Shown: positions 5,717 to 7,184 of the stretch, in pieces
How the letters are laid out: every line of letters begins with the position of its first letter
How positions within the stretch are numbered: position 1 is the stretch's first letter
Virus record (IMG/VR): IMGVR_UViG_2617270940_000007
Span: 1-7,184 of that record
Origin: a virus
Lineage: Duplodnaviria > Heunggongvirae > Uroviricota > Caudoviricetes
Reading direction: 5' to 3' (one strand)
DNA: 7,184 nucleotides
Notes under the pieces: model-generated
What the model was told of the DNA's origin: nothing
The model's input: only the letters and a program-made list of their open reading frames with translations
The model's database searches: none
Made by a program: the position numbers and the translations under genes

Positions 5717-5900
5717 CTGCCGCAGGGAAATTTTCAGAAACGGCGAGGAACGCATTCATGAGCCGAAGGGAAACGACCATGAAATTTTCTGGAAACGGCG
5801 GGGGGCGCCTTTATGTAGAAAACTGAGCGGGAGAAACCCGGAATCGCGCCAGAAATTGCGTAGCGGCGCTGGGGCAGCGCTGGTGGGGTTTCAGCCCCTG
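5717..5900. repeat. Second GC-rich repeat block (GGGAAA / GAAACGG units), homologous to the 1680-1830 array
   Basis: gccgcagggaaa...ttttcagaaacggcg matches gccgcagggaaaaggctggaggttttcagggaaacggtg in array 1, as if with a ~10-bp deletion; shared gggccatccag motif (1677-1687 and ~5892-5902); Chi octamers at both edges (5710-5717 minus strand, 5879-5886 plus strand). Confidence 0.45.
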
Positions 5901-6088
5901 GGCCATCCAGATAGCTTTCGCTATGTGATTATGTGAATCCGTGGGTAAATCACTGTAAGCGCGTACACGTTGCCCAACGTGGCAATCATATGCGAGCGGA
6001 TACAAAACAACACAAAGAGCCGATCCGCGCCGACAAATAAATGCGGATCACATAGCAAGACTAAAAGCCAATGATTAACCATACTCTA

Positions 6089-6109
6089 TAGCGCAATATA
6101 ACGCGTTTT
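6089..6109. repeat. Hairpin (taacgcg-ttttaag-cgcgtta)
   Basis: Perfect 7-bp inverted repeat in an AT-rich intergenic region; member of a local family of GCGC-stem hairpins. Confidence 0.4.
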
Positions 6110-6216
6110 AAGCGCGTTAATGTGTTAAGTAATGGGTATGTACTGACAAGGATATAAAAGCGCGTCTATGGCGTTATTTTGGTGCTTATTTTTATGTTGT
6201 TGGAGCGAGTTAAAGA

Positions 6217-6246
6217 CAATAAAAAACGCGCCAATGATGGCGCGTT
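6217..6246 (-). terminator. Hairpin (aacgcgcc-aatgat-ggcgcgtt) followed by a T-run on the minus strand; second of two tandem minus-strand terminators
   Basis: Perfect 8-bp stem; on the minus strand the stem is followed directly by TTTTTT (plus-strand aaaaaa at 6221-6226). Confidence 0.5.
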
Positions 6247-6265
6247 ATGGTGGGAGTATTGGAAA

Positions 6266-6290
6266 CGAAAAAAGCGCCCATAGTGGGCGC
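6266..6290 (-). terminator. Rho-independent terminator of the 76-aa minus-strand gene (gcgccca-tag-tgggcgc + TTTTTT)
   Basis: Perfect 7-bp stem 6274-6290, followed on the minus strand by six T; lies 7 nt past the stop codon (6297-6299) of the 6297..6527 gene; the same 17-bp palindrome recurs at 6547-6563. Confidence 0.7.
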
Positions 6291-6296
6291 TCGATT

Positions 6297-6527
6297 TTAT
6301 TTGTGTAAACTAATTTTGAATCCCATTTCTACAAACGCTTTTAACATTAAAAATATATCAGCGTCATTCACGTCTGCTTTTTTTCGCTCCTGGTCGTTCA
6401 ATAAGTCAATTTTGCGCGTTGTTTCATTTATAAACTCGACTGCGCGCCCAGCGATCCCAGCGATCCCAGCGATGCGATTAACATAATATTCATTATGGAC
6501 GTTAACGCCAGCGATAAGAACAAACAT
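6297..6527 (-). CDS. Hypothetical small protein, 76 aa, containing an in-frame (IAG)x3 tandem repeat
   Basis: Minus-strand ORF with strong SD aaggag 7 nt before the ATG; bracketed by two identical 17-bp hairpins (6274-6290 and 6547-6563); terminator downstream. No recognisable family. Confidence 0.55.
   Translation of the reverse strand: MFVLIAGVNVHNEYYVNRIAGIAGIAGRAVEFINETTRKIDLLNDQERKKADVNDADIFLMLKAFVEMGFKISLHK
6447..6473. repeat. Perfect 9-bp tandem repeat (cccagcgat)x3 inside the 76-aa gene
   Basis: Three head-to-tail copies; on the coding (minus) strand atcgctggg x3 encodes Ile-Ala-Gly x3, so copy-number change would preserve frame. Confidence 0.8.
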
Positions 6528-6546
6528 GATTAAGCTCCTTAAAACT

Positions 6547-6563
6547 AGCGCCCATAGTGGGCG
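6547..6563. repeat. Second copy of the 17-bp palindrome gcgcccatagtgggcgc, between the two minus-strand genes
   Basis: Identical to 6274-6290; sits between the stop of the upstream minus-strand fragment (6578) and the SD/ATG (6527) of the 76-aa gene. Confidence 0.6.
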
Positions 6564-6577
6564 CTATATCCATCTAA

Positions 6578-6837
6578 TTACGCTTTGAAAGCATCAGCCA
6601 GATAGTTATAAAAATCATTTTTAACGAAGCGATATTGCTGTGATCCGTTTTTCGCTGCACCCATTCCTTTGATTTTTTCGACCAGTCCCAGACGTTCGCA
6701 AAGATTGATAAGCTGGTTGGCTTGAGTGTATCCTGCGTCTAATTTTATTTCGTTGGCTTTTTTCGCTTCATTCATTAAATCGAAAACAGCGCCATTGGTG
6801 AACGTGTCGATCTCGTCGTTAATCATATCGATTAATG
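6578..6837 (-). pseudogene. 3' fragment of a gene truncated at its 5' end by IS1 insertion; hypothetical protein, tentatively phage antirepressor-like C-terminal region
   Basis: Minus-strand frame stays open from the ORF-track Met (6826) up to the IS1 boundary (6837) with no stop, so the ORF runs into the IS; the antirepressor resemblance is an impression from memory only. Confidence 0.45.
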
Positions 6838-6892
6838 GGTGATGCTGCCAACTTACTGATTTAGTGTATGATGGTGTTTTTGAGGTGCTCCA

Positions 6893-7168
6893 GTGGCTTC
6901 TGTTTCTATCAGCTGTCCCTCCTGTTCAGCTACTGACGGGGTGGTGCGTAACGGCAAAAGCACTGCCGGACATCAGCGCTATCTCTGCTCTCATTGCCGT
7001 AAAACATGGCAACTACAGTTCACTTACACCGCCTCTCAGCCCGGTACGCACCAGAAAATCATTGATATGGCCATGAATGGCGTTGGATGCCGGGCAACTG
7101 CCCGCATTATGGGCGTTGGCCTCAACACGATTTTACGTCACTTAAAAAACTCAGGCCGCAGTCGGTAA
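6893..7168 (+). CDS. insA: IS1 InsA (transposition repressor / N-terminal part of the InsAB' transposase), 91 aa
   Basis: [91 protein letters not shown]; GTG start at 6893; zinc-finger-like CxxC...CxxC motif. Confidence 0.92.
7144..7150 (+). other. IS1 A6C -1 frameshift motif (insA to insB', gives InsAB' transposase)
   Basis: aaaaaac near the 3' end of insA, the established IS1 frameshift position; the insB' frame continues beyond the window. Confidence 0.7.
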
Positions 7169-7184
7169 CCTCGCGCATACAACC

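Larger units (their letters stand above)
6838..7184 (+). mobile_element. IS1 insertion sequence, left end (IRL, insA, start of insB frame); right part outside the window
   Basis: ggtgatgctgccaacttactgatttagtgtatgatggtgtttttgagg... matches the IS1 left terminus as I recall it, with a few substitutions relative to the common IS1 copy; contains insA. Confidence 0.92.

Noticed and set aside
1680-5900. CRISPR array interpretation of the GGGAAA repeat blocks
   Set aside because: Units are about 10 bp and degenerate with irregular 20-31 bp spacing; there are no 28-37 bp identical repeats separated by unique spacers.
5305-6005. ORFs 5305..5655(-), 5490..5780(-), 5811..6005(-)
   Set aside because: The first two are antisense to gene 5191-5673; the third lies in the GC-rich repeat block with no RBS and atypical composition.
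6247-6486. Plus-strand ORF 6247..6486 overlapping the 76-aa minus-strand gene
   Set aside because: It starts inside a terminator hairpin and has no SD, whereas the minus-strand ORF has a strong aaggag SD and a downstream terminator.
6864-7076. ORF 6864..7076 inside IS1
   Set aside because: Alternative frame overlapping insA; not a known IS1 product.
1-7184. Composite transposon formed by the two flanking IS elements
   Set aside because: The flanking elements are different families (IS2 versus IS1), so they cannot act as a cognate pair; more likely independent insertions into an accessory region.
1-7184. tRNA or rRNA genes
   Set aside because: No segment showed a recognisable tRNA cloverleaf or conserved rRNA sequence on inspection.

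Overview
The window is an accessory-type segment bounded by two unrelated insertion sequences. A nearly complete IS2 (IS3 family; insC/insD with the A6G -1 frameshift motif) occupies 1-1305, its left inverted repeat starting just before the window. The left end of an IS1 (insA, A6C frameshift motif) runs from 6838 to the window edge. Between them lie about 5.5 kb of cargo: (i) a T-depleted non-coding tract and a GC-rich array of roughly 22-bp-periodic GGGAAA(A/C)GG direct repeats (1680-1830); (ii) seven or eight small plus-strand ORFs (2202-5673), several acidic, each built as its own promoter - RBS - ORF - hairpin cassette, six of them preceded by a conserved 5'-UTR palindrome AAACA(A)-N1-3-(T)TGTTT; (iii) a second GC-rich repeat block homologous to the first (5717-5900); (iv) a cluster of GCGC-stem hairpins and two minus-strand genes, the distal one truncated at its 5' end by the IS1 insertion. 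I do not recognise any cargo protein, so all functional statements about the cargo are structural inference. The best candidate for an undescribed system is the repeated promoter/operator module driving the monocistronic small-gene set, together with the paired iteron-like arrays that bracket it. All coordinates were counted by eye and may be off by a few bases.
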